A stretch of 64,000 nucleotides of DNA. Origin: Microthyrium microscopicum. Lineage: Eukaryota. The stretch spans positions 1,321,481-1,385,480 of the forward strand of contig MU004232.1 in assembly GCA_010405405.1 (NCBI GenBank), written 5' to 3'. Shown here piece after piece: positions 1 through 12,988 of the stretch. The position numbers were made by a program, and so were the translations under genes. Under the pieces are notes generated by a model. The model was given only the letters and a program-made list of their open reading frames with translations, did not search any database and was not told the origin of the DNA. Position 1 is the stretch's first letter. Every line of letters begins with the position of its first letter.

Positions 1-120
1 CATCAACAATGAAAGAGACCTTACTTGACTCGATATTAATCTTTCGGTTGTCGAACTTACCTTCAGCTCTCCAGCTAGCTTCTGACATTGTACTCGCGAC
101 ATATCCAGTCAAAGACTAAG

Positions 121-3100
121 ATGGCAACCAATAATCCACCACCAATCACTCCACCGAATCCCGGAGATTATCGAGTTCGATATTCCCAAGCCGAGAACAG
201 TCCAGGACAACCAGGGACGTTCTGGACCCAGCTGGTACCACAGACTGACGTTGCGTACAATCGCATAGTAGGCTGAGCCATCAATTGATAATTTGACTTT
301 GCTAACTCCTGTTCCAGAGAAGGGATTTGCCCAATAACTGGGCAGCTCTAGGGGCCCCGTCTCCTATAGGACTACGAAACAATAGAGTGTGGTGCTATTT
401 AAATGCGTCGTTGCAGCCTTGGGTAAGCGATAATCTGGCAAAACTTGATATACAATACTGGGAACTGACTGCTTCAGCTACTCGTGAATCCGAGAGTCGC
501 GCACTTTATCAACTCCCATGATGTAGAGTCCTGTGCGGTATATCGAAGAGGAAAGGAGCTTTTGCTCGATGTGGCTCATTTCAACGATAAGCCGAAAATC
601 AAGCCAAAAGATATGAGCGAGTGCCCCATCTGTATTCTCAAAAACTTGCTCGATTTTGCGCGTGACCCGACTCGCGCATCGAGTGCTGACTATCCGGCTT
701 GGAGTCTTCAACGTCGTTTACTGGTATGGTGGCTTGCTGGAGCTTTCCAGTTCTGGGGTTGGACTTCTCACTATGTGCCTCAACAGTGCGACACTGAGGA
801 ATTTCTCACTGCTCTACACAACGAGATTGAAGAGCTTCTCACTGACACTGACACAAGAGCTGTAACAAATTGGTAAGGAGCGCGATGCCTTTGCGTCTAA
901 GTGGTAGACCTCGGTAGCTGACTTTCTTATAGTAACCGCAGTAACTTTGAAGCACTATTCAGGCATCATTATCAGGATCATCACAAATGCAAGAGTTGCG
1001 GTCAAACAAAGGTTGAGCATGGCCAGACTTTCCTGTTCCACACCTTCGTACGAAAAGCCAGGGACGGCGATTTCTCAAGATTCACCCCATTCCACTCTTA
1101 TCTGTATCGCAACCTCTGTGTACCACATAATTTGAATCCCGGCTATGGATGTAGTGGATCCCTCGGTGGATCCCTCGACAGCTGCGCGCAGAAGGCTGGG
1201 CTTGTTGACCGCGCTGTTGAGGACCAGAACGCAGACGAGGGCCGGGTTCTCATTCATACTCCTGATCTTGTAGTCTTCCAAGTTGCTCTCTTTCAAACCA
1301 GGCAATTGGAGGATAACACATTTGGGTCTCACAAGGAATTGTGTAATCCAGTGCCACCGGTAAGATTCCCTGGGTTGTAAATCACACATTTTTAGGACAT
1401 TCCATGAAGCCAAAAATATCGTAACTCCCCTTGCATTCGGTGGCATCCATAGCTTTCAATTAGGAAAGTATTTCATGGCAGCAATCGAGTGTGATGGGCG
1501 TTGAAAGGTTTTAGTCTTTTCAGCGCGTGTTGACATTGATCGCAATCTTATACTAACGACTTTCTAGCTTTGGCTGCACTTGGACGAGTATATCCCTCGC
1601 GATCTACGCGAATCACGAGCGTACGATGCAGGACAATGGCGTTACAAATTTGCTGGTGTGTTATATCACATGGGGGGAAGCGTAGAAAGGGGGCATTATG
1701 TTTCGAACTTTCATGTCCCTGCCAAGAATGGACAACCAAGCCGCATGGTATACTTTAACGATCTGGAAACACCAGTAGTCCAGTCTCAGGCTACACCCAC
1801 ATCACATATTCTGAGGGGCTCGCCATCGGGAACCAAGACCTATAAAAACATCAATCCGTATCTCTTTTACTATGTTCGAGCACCCTTGGAAAGCTTGCCA
1901 TTTGAGAAGGCCAAGGAGAAGAAGGAAAAGAAGACTGAGGCAAAGAAGCAGAAGGAAGCCAAAAAGCAAGCCCGAATCGAGAAAGAAGCTCAAAAGAGGG
2001 CTCAGCTTGAGAAGGAAGCTAACAAGTCCTCGCGTGCAAACGATCAGTTCCCAACTCGTACCGACTCGGCATTTGGACTCAATGATCCTGAAGCTTCGCA
2101 TTCTCAAATAAATGCCCAAGGCAAAAGGATAAGGGAGCGACCGCATACCCCTGAGGAAGATGAGGAATGGGACAGCTTGATTGCTCGGTATTCTCTTGAT
2201 TATCACCTCGCGACACGGAACGAGCTCGGAGCAGACGTACCATTCAATAGAAAGGCCTTCCAAGAATGGTATAACCAGAAGCAACTGGCTGGAGAATTGC
2301 CTCGTCGATCTCATCGGAGTCCTAAAAGACCAAGAACAGCAAATAGCAGGTAAATACCCCTTTTTGATTTTGAAACCTGAATGACTAATTGCTCAGCTAG
2401 GACTACCCCTAGTGGGCCTCTGGTTGACCAGCGTGATGTTCCAATACAGTCTATAGAGAACAGTGATATCAACCCCACTAGCCCAGCCTTATTCAACAAG
2501 TCACCCTCAACGCCCTTTGTAAATGATAACTCGAATGACGACCTCGATGATGACCTCTTTGGAGATTCTCCAGCTACAAACGATGAGTTCGATGCCACCG
2601 GTCTAGCTGGCATCTACAATGACAACCTAGTTTCCTCACCAGGGGACGCACCTAGCGATACTTTAGATGCCGCCCTAGTCACGATCACCCAAGACTCCTC
2701 ATCTGGAGGCCGGGGACTGAGCGATACCGATGTTCTAGAACTCTTTGATGCAGTCTACCCTCCTCCAGATGAGCCCTTCCCCGACTCAGTCGACAACAAC
2801 TCCCCAGACAACACCACTGGATCCGCACCAGAAGATTTCCCCAACGACCCCGACTCCCCATCGAACCAAAATGAAAAGAGCGCCTCCCCAGACTTGCTAG
2901 CCGCCGCCATGCTAGACGCATTCAACAAAAGCCCATCCCCCACTCGTACAGAAAGCACCGAAGTATACAGCCCAAGTCCCTCATCCTCTCCAGAATCCGT
3001 CGTCAAAGCCGCTATACAAGCCGGAATCATAAAGTATAAACCATACGCAGCCAACGCCTTTGACGCAGAGATTCAGCGTTTACAACTGAGGAAGCGGGTG

Positions 3101-3463
3101 GAGGAGTTTTTGGCGCAAAAGGCCGCACAGGCTAGGAAAATAGCAATGGTGGCAGAGCAGAAGGATGCGAAGTTTTTGAGGGAGCAGGCGAGAAGGGCAG
3201 AAAGAGCGGGAAGGGCGAAGGGTGGTTATCAGCCGGTGAGAAGGTCTGGCTTGAGTCAGATGATGAGGCCGGATAAGACTCCGTCTCCTAAACGAGCTAG
3301 GAGTAGTAAAAGTAGGTCCAAATCCCCGACGAAGTCCCCGAAGACGCCTAAGAGGCGGAGTGCGACTACATCTCCGCCAAGGACGCCCGACAGACAGATT
3401 ACAAAGGCGAAGAGTTATTCTCCGCCAAGAATGCCATGGCAGAGTGGTGGGAGCGATAGTTAG
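121..3463 (+). CDS. Ubiquitin-specific protease (peptidase C19/USP family) with long disordered C-terminal tail; 6 exons
   Basis: Exons 121-267, 318-422, 478-872, 933-1360, 1568-2349 and 2401-3463 join in frame across GT..CTRAY..AG introns. Cys box GLRNNRVWCYLNASLQ, QQCDTEEFL, CKSC finger, His box YKFAGVLYHMGGSVERGHYV, YFND and PYLFYYVR are present. Confidence 0.8.
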
Positions 3464-4309
3464 TGGTTGGTTTTTGTTGATGTTGTTAGCTGGATGGGTT
3501 GGTTCATGTCTCCATGTCCTTAATTTTCTTTCTGTTGTTTGGTTGGATTTGAGTACTTTTTGCGGTTTCAGTCGATTTGTTTATGTTGTTTTAATATCTT
3601 TTCCACCGTCTGCGTTGCTATGTTTCCTGTAATATTTGATTGTTGATACTGTTGGAGTCGGCACTACCGTAGAGTCAAACGTCAGAGAATGAGTCCCTGT
3701 ATTTGCTATTAGTGTATATAGTCTATGAGTTTGGGCGATCATATGAAATCCATCTTCCATTATGTGATGCCTCGATAGGATAACAGTCAGCCTCATGAAT
3801 GCTTTGTACCGCAGCAAGTATTTTCTCTCCCCTCGAGTGCTCTGCCTCCCATCAAGTGCTATCCCCGAACTAAGACTCGTGTTCTCAGCATTGCTTCATC
3901 ACCCAATGGCCACAAACTAGACAAACGTTAAAATGCAATGAGTAGCAACGTATATTTCAGACGTGGTGGCCCCGTGGCATAAAAATCGCCATCAGAGATT
4001 GAGGGATGAAGTTGGGATTCGAGAGCACGATAAGCCAAATCCACGAACCGAGAATCAAAGACTCCGCTTCGCCTTCAGCAAGGCAAATCAAGCCTTCAAC
4101 TATCGCATTCCTGATTTACTTGGATGATCAGCATTTTTAAATCGTTGTAATATCAAGCTCTCCTGCACGTGGTGTTGCTTGGAGTTGAAGTTGTTGTCGG
4201 CTTGGAAAAAGTGGCCGTGCGTATCATCCTCACCACCAGCAGCAGGCCATGCTTCGACCCTTGCACCCTTGGAATCTTGCCAGGCCGGTTTCGTTGCGGT
4301 GACATACGC

Positions 4310-4393
4310 ATGAGCTTTCAACAACCAACACCAACCCGAGACCTCTGGTCATCCATACCCTCTCTTCCCTGCCGGATCCACCTAGGCCATTGA
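4310..4393 (+). other. Candidate upstream ORF (27 aa) before the sugar transporter
   Basis: ATG at 4310 to TGA at 4391-4393. It is the last ATG in any + frame before the transporter ATG at 4914. Whether it lies inside the mRNA is unknown. Confidence 0.3.
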
Positions 4394-4913
4394 ACTCGTG
4401 CTTCTTCCTTCCCAAACATAAATAGCCTACTTCTCGCTCTCCGGTGCTTATAATTCTCCTTTGGCTATCAAGGCCTAGTGGAGTCTCGTGGCTGCTCCAA
4501 GCTAGCCCGCTATCATCACGATTCCTCCCTTCAGCAACTCGAGGAGGCCTGCCAACATACCCCTCCACACCCTCTCCTCCCAATCCCAATCCCAGTCCCA
4601 GAGCAGCGAGAAAGAACGCCTCCGCCGCCGCTCCTCCTCCATCCACTCTGACGACGCATCCGACTTTTCCAGCTGGTCTGATACAGGCGACCTCGTCGAC
4701 CAGCTCGCCGAGCAGGAAGATCCACTCTCCATACGACTCGAAGAGAACCTACCAAAGAGAGCTCGTCAAGGAAAGCGCGTACACTATCAGTCGGACGAGT
4801 ACGATTCAAGCAACGAGAAGCAGTCTGGCGTCGTCAAGAGGAAGGAGGATATTCCTATACCTAACCCGCCACCAAGGAGAATCTCGCCTGGCGAGAGGTT
4901 TCTTGTGCGGATA

Positions 4914-6854
4914 ATGGCTCCTAATGATGGGCCGTCAAGGCTCCATGGGCTTCATGGGAAGAAGTTGATGTATGAGGAGCTTTTGGTCCTTATCGAAGCT
5001 GTTGGCTGACTTGATATAGTTACTTTACAACGGTATTTGTATCTTTGGGCGTTTTTCTGTTTGGCTATGATCAAGGCGTTATGTCAGGTATAATTACGTA
5101 GGTTGACTGATATCGCGATTACTTTTCAGAGCTGACACATTACAGAGGCACATATTTCAAAGATTACTTCAACCATCCCTCCGCAGCAGAAATCGGTACA
5201 ATGGTCGCCATCCTAGAAATCGGCGCTTTTATATCATCCTTAATGGTTGGAAAAGTTGGTGACATAATTGGAAGAAGAAAAACCATCATGTATGGATCTA
5301 TAATATTTGTTGTCGGCGGTGCGCTACAATCATTCTCCAACGGCATGCCAATGATGATGCTGGGACGTATCATTGCCGGTTTTGGTGTTGGTATGCTCTC
5401 GACTATCGTGCCAGTCTACCAATCCGAAATTTCACCTCCCCATAATCGTGGAAAGCTGGCATGCATCGAATTTTCTGGAAATATTGCTGGCTATGCCACA
5501 AGCGTTTGGGTGGACTACTTTTGTAGTTACATCAAAAGCGACTATTCTTGGAGAATTCCCTTGTTTATGCAGGTTTTCATGGGTAGTCTGCTTGCTGTCG
5601 GCAGTTTACTCATTCTCGAATCACCAAGGTATGTTGAAGAGGAGCTGTAGTGTTTGAGATGAACTAATTCTAATCAGATGGCTGCTTGACAACGATCACG
5701 ACGAGGAAGGGATCGTTGTGATCGCCAATCTCTACGGCAAGGGCGACATTCACAATCAAAAAGCCAGAGACGAATACCGCGAAATCAAGATGAACGTCCT
5801 CCTCGGACGTCAAGAAGGCGAGCGATCCTACTCCGACATGTTTACAAGATACCGCAAGCGAGTATTCATTGCCATGTCAGCACAAGCGCTCGCTCAACTC
5901 AACGGTATCAACGTCATTTCATACTACGCTCCTTTGGTCTTTGAATCAGCTGGCTGGAGAGGCCGGCAAGCCATTTTGATGACGGGTATCAATGGTATCA
6001 CATATCTCCTCGCAACAATTCCTCCTTGGTACGTGGTCGATAAATGGGGCCGTCGACCGATTCTGCTCTCTGGCGCTGTCACTATGATGCTCTCTCTTTC
6101 CGCTATCGCATACTTTATCTTTTTGGATGTCAATCTCACGCCTACTATGACCGTTGTATTTGTCATGATATATAATGCCGCCTTTGGTGCATCATGGGGA
6201 CCAATCCCTTGGTTATATCCACCGGAGATCTTACCACTCAGTATTCGAGCAAAGGGCGCAAGTCTTAGCACTGCCACGAATTGGGCATTTAATTGGCTGG
6301 TTGGAGAACTCACACCGATTCTGCAAGAGTGGATACAATGGCGCTTGTATCTGCTGCACGCATTTTTCTGCGCTGTATCCTTTGTCGTTGGTAAGTTTAC
6401 ATACGCGCATGACACCCAAAGTGCCTACTAATAATGCAATCTAGTATGGTTCATCTATCCTGAGACAGCAAATGTCCGCCTAGAAGACATGAACTCCCTC
6501 TTCGGCGACGCAACATCCGTTATGCCAACGCCCGAAACTCTCGCCGAGGCCGAATCACTCTTTGGCTCTCAACGCTCACCGGTGCCATCGCTAAACATTG
6601 GTGCCGGCCAGTCTGGCATCACCGCCGACCACGCGATTCCTGGTCTGGACATTGACCCACCAGGTCAAGTATCGAATGACGCAATCAACCGAGGGAGCGC
6701 AACGGTCAGACCAGCTGTCGATAGAACACATAGTAGTGGCTCAAGACAGGAGGGCCTTGGAGGATGGATTTCGAACATGGTGGGGCGCAACAGAGGAAAC
6801 TCGGACGAGGCGAAGGGCGACTATTCACGAGTTGGGCAGGACGATAGAGAGTAG
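4914..6854 (+). CDS. MFS sugar porter family monosaccharide transporter (true start probably upstream at non-AUG codon 4518)
   Basis: Motifs FLFGYDQGVMSG, GDIIGRRK, GRIIAGFGVG, VPVYQSEISPPHNRG, QLNGINVISYY, VDKWGRR, WLYPPEI and YPET. Introns at about 4970-5019, 5098-5145, 5629-5678 and 6391-6444. Confidence 0.92.
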
Positions 6855-7484
6855 AGTAGACAGATCTTTTGCCATCGTATGGGATCTTTTCTTCTTTTTG
6901 GTTCGGCCCATTGAGGCATGTGTGATTATTACTAGTATCTAGACACGATTAGTGTGACCAGACAATTTTATGACATATTCTAGAGTCGATTATATGGAAT
7001 GACAGCGTCCTTTCTGATCAGCGCAAAGCTGTGGATATAAAATGCAAGTGCTGTATATATTTTGATATACATGTATGCATCAAAATTCAGGAGAAGGCTG
7101 AGCAAGGGGAGACAAGGATTGGTACAACAACATATTCGTGGTCTGTGCACCGAATCCTTAGAGTCGTTCTGAAGTTCTGGCCTTAGAGCCTCCACCAACA
7201 TCCCATTGACATGTCGAGTTGCTAATCTTAGCTGCAAGGCACTCTCCCTTCTTTCTGATTTCAACAACGCCAGCTGGCCAGAAGTCAAGTCATCCTCTGG
7301 CTTTCTTCTCTTTCTCTTCTACAACCTATTTTCTCGCGCATCTCTCCTTGTTGCAGAGGACGCGGCCTCTCCTTCGTTTCCCTTCATTTTGCTTCTTCAC
7401 CATCTCCCATAATTTCACCATCCTTTCGACTGTCGTTTTTCTCATTTCCGAGCAGTGGGAATACTGCTAGGCCTATAAATCACC

Positions 7485-9880
7485 ATGGCCGCTAATCGCC
7501 AGGCCTCGCAAGGCTTTGCGACGGGGTCAAGTAACCAGGCTGAAGAGCTCAGGAGAAGACAAGTATCCGGACCACCAACGACTTCTACGCCAATCAACCA
7601 ATTACGAGAGCAAGAAAAACTAAAGATCAAGGTACATACATCCTCTCATTAATGCAATTGCTCAAATTACTAACTGTACTACTTCCTAGAAATCAAAGTC
7701 CTTCGCTCAAACCTTCGATGAATGGGAATTCATCTTCGCACCCATCCTCTTCACCATCCTCGCCTTCTTCACCCGCAACTGGAAAATCGGCCTCTCGCCC
7801 ATCGTAACCTGGGATGAAGCCCATTTTGGCAAATTCGGCTCCCACTACCTCAAGCGCGAATTCTACTTTGACGTGCATCCGCCGCTCGGCAAAATGCTCG
7901 TCGGTCTCTCTGGCTATCTAGCCGGCTACAATGGTTCTTTCGAGTTCAAGTCTGGTGAACGGTACCCAGAGGAGCTAAACTATACGTTTATGCGCGTCTT
8001 TAATTCGACGTTTGGCGCACTCTGTGTGCCTGTTGCGTACTGGACGGCCAAGGAGCTGCATTTTCGCAAGATGACGGTCTGGTTTGTGACTATGATGGTA
8101 CTATTTGAGAACTCGTATACGACGATTAGCCGGTTTATTTTGCTGGATTCTATGTTGTTGTTCTTTACGTTTACGACGGTGTTGTGTATGGTCAAGTTCC
8201 ATAATGAGCGCCATGATCCTTTCTCGCCGGAGTGGGGTCTTTGGTTGATGTTTACTGGTATTTCCATTGGCTGTGTTTGCAGTGTCAAGTGGGTGGGCTT
8301 GTTCTGCACGGCTTTGGTTGGATTGTATACGATTGAGGATCTCTGGAACAAGTTTGGTGATGTCAAAATGCCAAAGGTAAGGAGCATATTCGTGGTATTG
8401 GGAGGATCAGGCTGACAATATACAGGTTGAACTGGCCCAACACGTTGGTTTCCGGGTCTTTGGTCTCATTGTGATCCCAATGGCTGTCTACATGTTCTCC
8501 TTCTACCTTCATTTCCTCATTCTCGAAAACAGTGGACCAGGTGATGCGCAGATGAGCTCTTTGTTCCAAGCGAATCTCCGCGGTACGGAGGTTGGTAAAG
8601 ACAGTCCACTTGAAGTTGCATACGGATCTCGCGCGACCATCAAAAACATGGGCTACGGTGGTGGTCTACTCCATTCTCACGTTCAGACATATCCAGAAGG
8701 CTCTCAACAGCAACAAATTACTTGCTACCATCACAAAGATGCCAACAACGACTGGTTCTTCTATCCAAACCGTACAGCGCCAGAATATAACGCAGAAGCC
8801 GAGCCACGCCTCATTCAAAACGGCGACACTATCCGCCTTCTCCATGCTCAGACTGGCCGAAATCTCCATTCTCATCCTATTGCCGCTCCAGTATCCAAGA
8901 GCGATTGGGAAGTTTCCTGCTATGGCAACTTGACAATTGGCGACACCAAGGACCACTGGACGCTCGAAGTCGTTGACGATGCGGGCTCCCGTGACTGGTC
9001 TAAGATCCGGACTTTGACCAGTGCTGTCCGCTTCAAGCACCCTGATCTGGGCTGCTACCTTCGCGCTGGCAACGTCAATCTCCCCCAGTGGGGTTTCAAG
9101 CAGATTGAAGTGACCTGCGTCAAGTCCAACAATCCTCGCGACAAGTACACCTGGTGGAACATTGAGTCTCACTGGAACGACAAGCGTAAGTCTCTCACAA
9201 TCTCCCCATCCTATATACGCTAATCCATCACAGTCCCACCCGGAAACGCCGCCGCCTACCGCTCCCCCTTCCTCCGCGACTTCATCCACCTCAACGTCGC
9301 CATGATGACCTCCAACAACGCCCTCGTCCCAGATCCAGACAAACAAGACGACCTAGCCTCCAAATTCTGGCAATGGCCCCTTCTCAACGTCGGTCTCCGC
9401 ATGTGCTCCTGGGACGACAACACAGTGAAATACTTCCTCCTCGGCAACCCACTGGTCTATTGGGGTTCCACCGCCTCTCTCGGCATCTTCGCCCTCCTCA
9501 CCGCCTGGTACACGCTCCGCTGGCAGCGTGGATACGTTGATTTCAAGAATATCCGCGAACTTGACCAGATTCACTACTCTGGATTATACCCAGTTATTGG
9601 CTGGTTCTTGCACTATTTGCCATTCATCCTAATGGGTCGTGTCACGTATGTGCATCATTACTATCCTGCTCTGTGGTTTGCGATTATTGTATTTGGTTTC
9701 TGCGTGGATTGGACGACAAGAAGTCTACCGAGGGCGGTGCAGTGGACTGTGTATTCAGTGTTGTATGTTAGTGTGATTGGACTCTTTGTCTTGTTCAAGG
9801 ACATTTCGTTTGGTATGCAAGGAAGTGCTGAGCAGTGGCGGTATCTTAAGTGGTTTGAGAGCTGGCGTATCACTGACTAG
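7485..9880 (+). CDS. PMT2: Dolichyl-phosphate-mannose--protein O-mannosyltransferase, PMT2 subfamily
   Basis: Start ATG in CACCATGG context. Motifs [24 protein letters not shown] and [11 protein letters not shown]-domain loop ([17 protein letters not shown]), C-terminal [13 protein letters not shown]. Three introns. Confidence 0.93.
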
Positions 9881-10250
9881 GCTTGCTATGGGAAAGCGAT
9901 ATAGAGATATCAGTTGTTGTTTGGCGTTTTGGAACATCTTGTTGTTTCCAGGTGCTGGTGTTTCTCGATGGCGGGAGAAGACAAAAATTCACTCTTGTAT
10001 TACTCGCTCGAACTAGTAATGATTGGTCTGGCGTTGGGATTCTTGTGGATGTAGCATATTTAGGGAAATCTTGAGGGTGTCGCGTGTAATATCAATTTTG
10101 CATTGACATTCTTCTCTACGTATCGAGAGTAGTAGACAGTTGAAAGTGCCTAACGAAACTATCCTCATCACACTGTCTTATCTCAGCCGTTGAAGGCCAT
10201 TTGCTCTAGTCTATCAAGTATCAAGCGTCATAAACCATCACGCATCACAT

Positions 10251-12883
10251 TCACTTCCTCCGTCCCGGAAACCTCTCATTCATCTCCCTCTCCATCTTCA
10301 CCAGCCTCCCATACTTCTCCCGTTGCTCCTTCGTCCAGTCCTCTCTATCCCCCTTCTCCGCTTTCAAACCAAACGCGCCCAGCGTACTATTCAACTTACC
10401 CAACATCTCCGCATACTCGTCCTCCGCCTCACTCTGCACCGTAATCGCCCCTCCCGCACCCACCGTCCACACATCCCCTTCCTCCGTACTATCCCCATCC
10501 CAGCGACAAGCAGTCCTTATCACCACGCTGAAATCCCCTCCACCTCCAACATCCAGATATCCCAGCACGCCGGAGTATATCCCTCTTGGCCCATCTTCCA
10601 GCATAGAGAGGATCTCGCATGACCTTCGTTTCGGTGCACCGGTCATGGAACCTGGTGGCAGAGAAGATGCTAACACATCGATGCCTGTTTGACCACTGTC
10701 CTGTGGAAGTGCACCCTCGATGACGGAGACGAGTTGGTAGACGGTCGCATATTCTTCTATCTGCATTAACTTACTCACCCTAACATTGCCTGGCCCCGCG
10801 ACACCGTGTAAGTCATGGCGTATTAGATCTGTGATCATCAGATTTTCGGCGCGCTCTTTTGAGCTGTTTAAGATTGTTTCTGCGTCGGCGCGGGATATAC
10901 CTGGCCCTTTGCGGACGGTGCCTTTTATGGGGCGAAACTGGCATGTACTGGGCTTTGTGGTGGGGCGGGACCAGGAGAGGAAGCGTTCTGGTGAGGAGGA
11001 GGCGATTGTTATGGCGTCGTTGGGGGTGTGGATGCGGAGAAAGGCGGAGAATGGGGCAGAGTTTGTGTGGGAGAGGGATTTGAAGAGGGTCAGGCCGGAG
11101 GATAGGGGAGTGGTGTGGGTGGAGGGAGTGTGGATGGGGGTGGTGGATGTTAGGCAGAGTTCGTAGGATGAGCCAGTGCGGATGGCGGATTCACAGGCGA
11201 GGATTTTGGTGGTATATGATATCCAGTCAGGGGTTATTGTTTGTGGTAATGGGCTGGAGTGATTGGGTTTGTTCGTGATGCTGTTGGTGTTGGGCTTTTT
11301 GAAGCTATTCGATATACCATTCGTGTGGCCATTTGTATGGCCGTTCGTGAGGCTACTCGTCGGCTCATTCCTGAGACCATTCGTGTGGCCATTCGTCGAA
11401 CCGTTCGTGAAGTCATTGGAGTGAGGGGCACAGTCTAGATGATGGCGTAGCTGATGAATCGTGTGTTGAATCCATTCGTCATCCTCAGGTCGTATTGATT
11501 GCACATAGACTGTGTCGGTGAAGTGATCTATGACAACGCTGCGCTGTACGAGTACGAGGTTCACGTCCGGTCGAACAAATCGTCCTCTTGTGCTAGACTC
11601 CATGGTACAATCGGGATGAGTGTTGATAGTCCTGAGACCAGCTTCGTAAGATATAAATCCTGCCAATCCGCCCCAAAATGGTGATTCGGAGGCGCCTTGA
11701 TTGGAATGGATATGCGCCATGAATTCCTCCAGATAGGCAAATACATCAACGTTGTGTGCTGCCTGCCGAACAACATCTCGAGTTTTTCTACTAAATATGT
11801 TGACTTGTTGCGAGTGGACGGAGAACTGGATATGCAAAGCGTCTTGATCAACAATGCCTACTATACTGAACCTTCCTAGCTCTTCATTAAATAGTTTCCC
11901 GTCCGCTTGTTTACCAGATCTTAAAATGATGGCTTCATCATCAGACAGATTCAGTGCTTGATATAGTTCGATAGCAGTCAATTCTGGTAGCTGTAAAATT
12001 TGCCCTTGAACTGTCTTTGTACTTTTCAGAGCCTCAACGGCTTTGAGCTGATCTATATGTGATGCTGCAAGGCGAGAGCTCATATGCTGATACTCATCAA
12101 GCTTTCGTTGGTTCCATGACCTTGGAACGGGTTTTCGATTCACTCGTCGTGGGTTCTGGTTAAGCCATTGCATTGCTGACTTCCACCACGATGAGATAAT
12201 TCTATTTCCTACATCATCCGTGCAGATAGATTCCGGATGGTATTGGACGCCCCAGAAAGGCTTCTCCGTATGCCGAGCGGCCAGTAGGACAGGCCCATTT
12301 CTCGAGTCTTTGAAATCCCAAGCCAGAGGTCGAACTTGCGGGCACGACTGTCTTATGCTCCAAGGGTCCAGATCAGCAGCGCTACATGGATTATCCATCT
12401 TGATGTGTAACGAATGATAGTTGGTGACTGTGAACTTTGGAAAGCCTTGAAAGATGTCCATATTGGCTGGTTGTACCTCACTGACCACACCGTGTCTAGG
12501 CATATCCAGTCTCACCACCTTTGCTAATTAGTACGACGCTTCTATAAACAAGACCTTCGTACCTTTGCGCCAAAAGCCTGACACATATCTTGAAATCCAA
12601 GACATATTCCTAAAACTGGCAATATATCTTCGCCTTGAAGCCGCCATAAGTACCGTATTGAGCCAACATCTTCTGCACAGTTTGGATCACCCGGTCCAGG
12701 TCCAGCTACTACCGCATCGAAATATCCGAGATATTGGTGAAATTCATCTTCGCGGCTTGTATATTCGTCATGACTGATGACTTCGACGTCGATATCCAAA
12801 GAAGTTTTGAGAAGGGCGATGATGTTGTTGGCAAAAGAGTCGTATGCGTCGATATACAATATTCTTTTTCTTATAATGTCCAT
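10251..12883 (-). CDS. ABZ1: Aminodeoxychorismate synthase (PabA glutaminase + PabB chorismate-binding fusion)
   Basis: GATase motifs IDAYDSF, GPGPG, LGICLG and QYHPES. Chorismate-binding motifs SSPERF, RPIKGT, KERAENLMITDLIRHDL, PPGSMTGAPK and GAGGAIT. Intron 12519-12562. Confidence 0.93.
11317..11410 (-). repeat. Degenerate 12-nt coding repeat (NGHT-like units) inside ABZ1
   Basis: ccattcgtgtggccatt occurs at 11317 and 11377. Translation: NGSTNGHTNG...TNGHTNGHTNGISN. Confidence 0.75.
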
Positions 12884-12970
12884 AATCTTGCGCCATGGAA
12901 ATAGTTGTAAAATAAATTTAAAGGAAGAAGAAGGGAGAAGTTTTGGACGCGGTTAGGATCGGAGATTTTG

Positions 12971-12988
12971 TGACTCGAGTCTAGACTC
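12971..12988. promoter_or_regulatory. Possible Gcn4/CpcA-type site (TGACTC) within overlapping palindromes in the ABZ1/MTQ1 divergent promoter
   Basis: TGACTCGAGTCTAGACTC about 90 nt upstream of the ABZ1 ATG. Only the 6-mer core matches, not the full TGACTCA. Confidence 0.25.
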
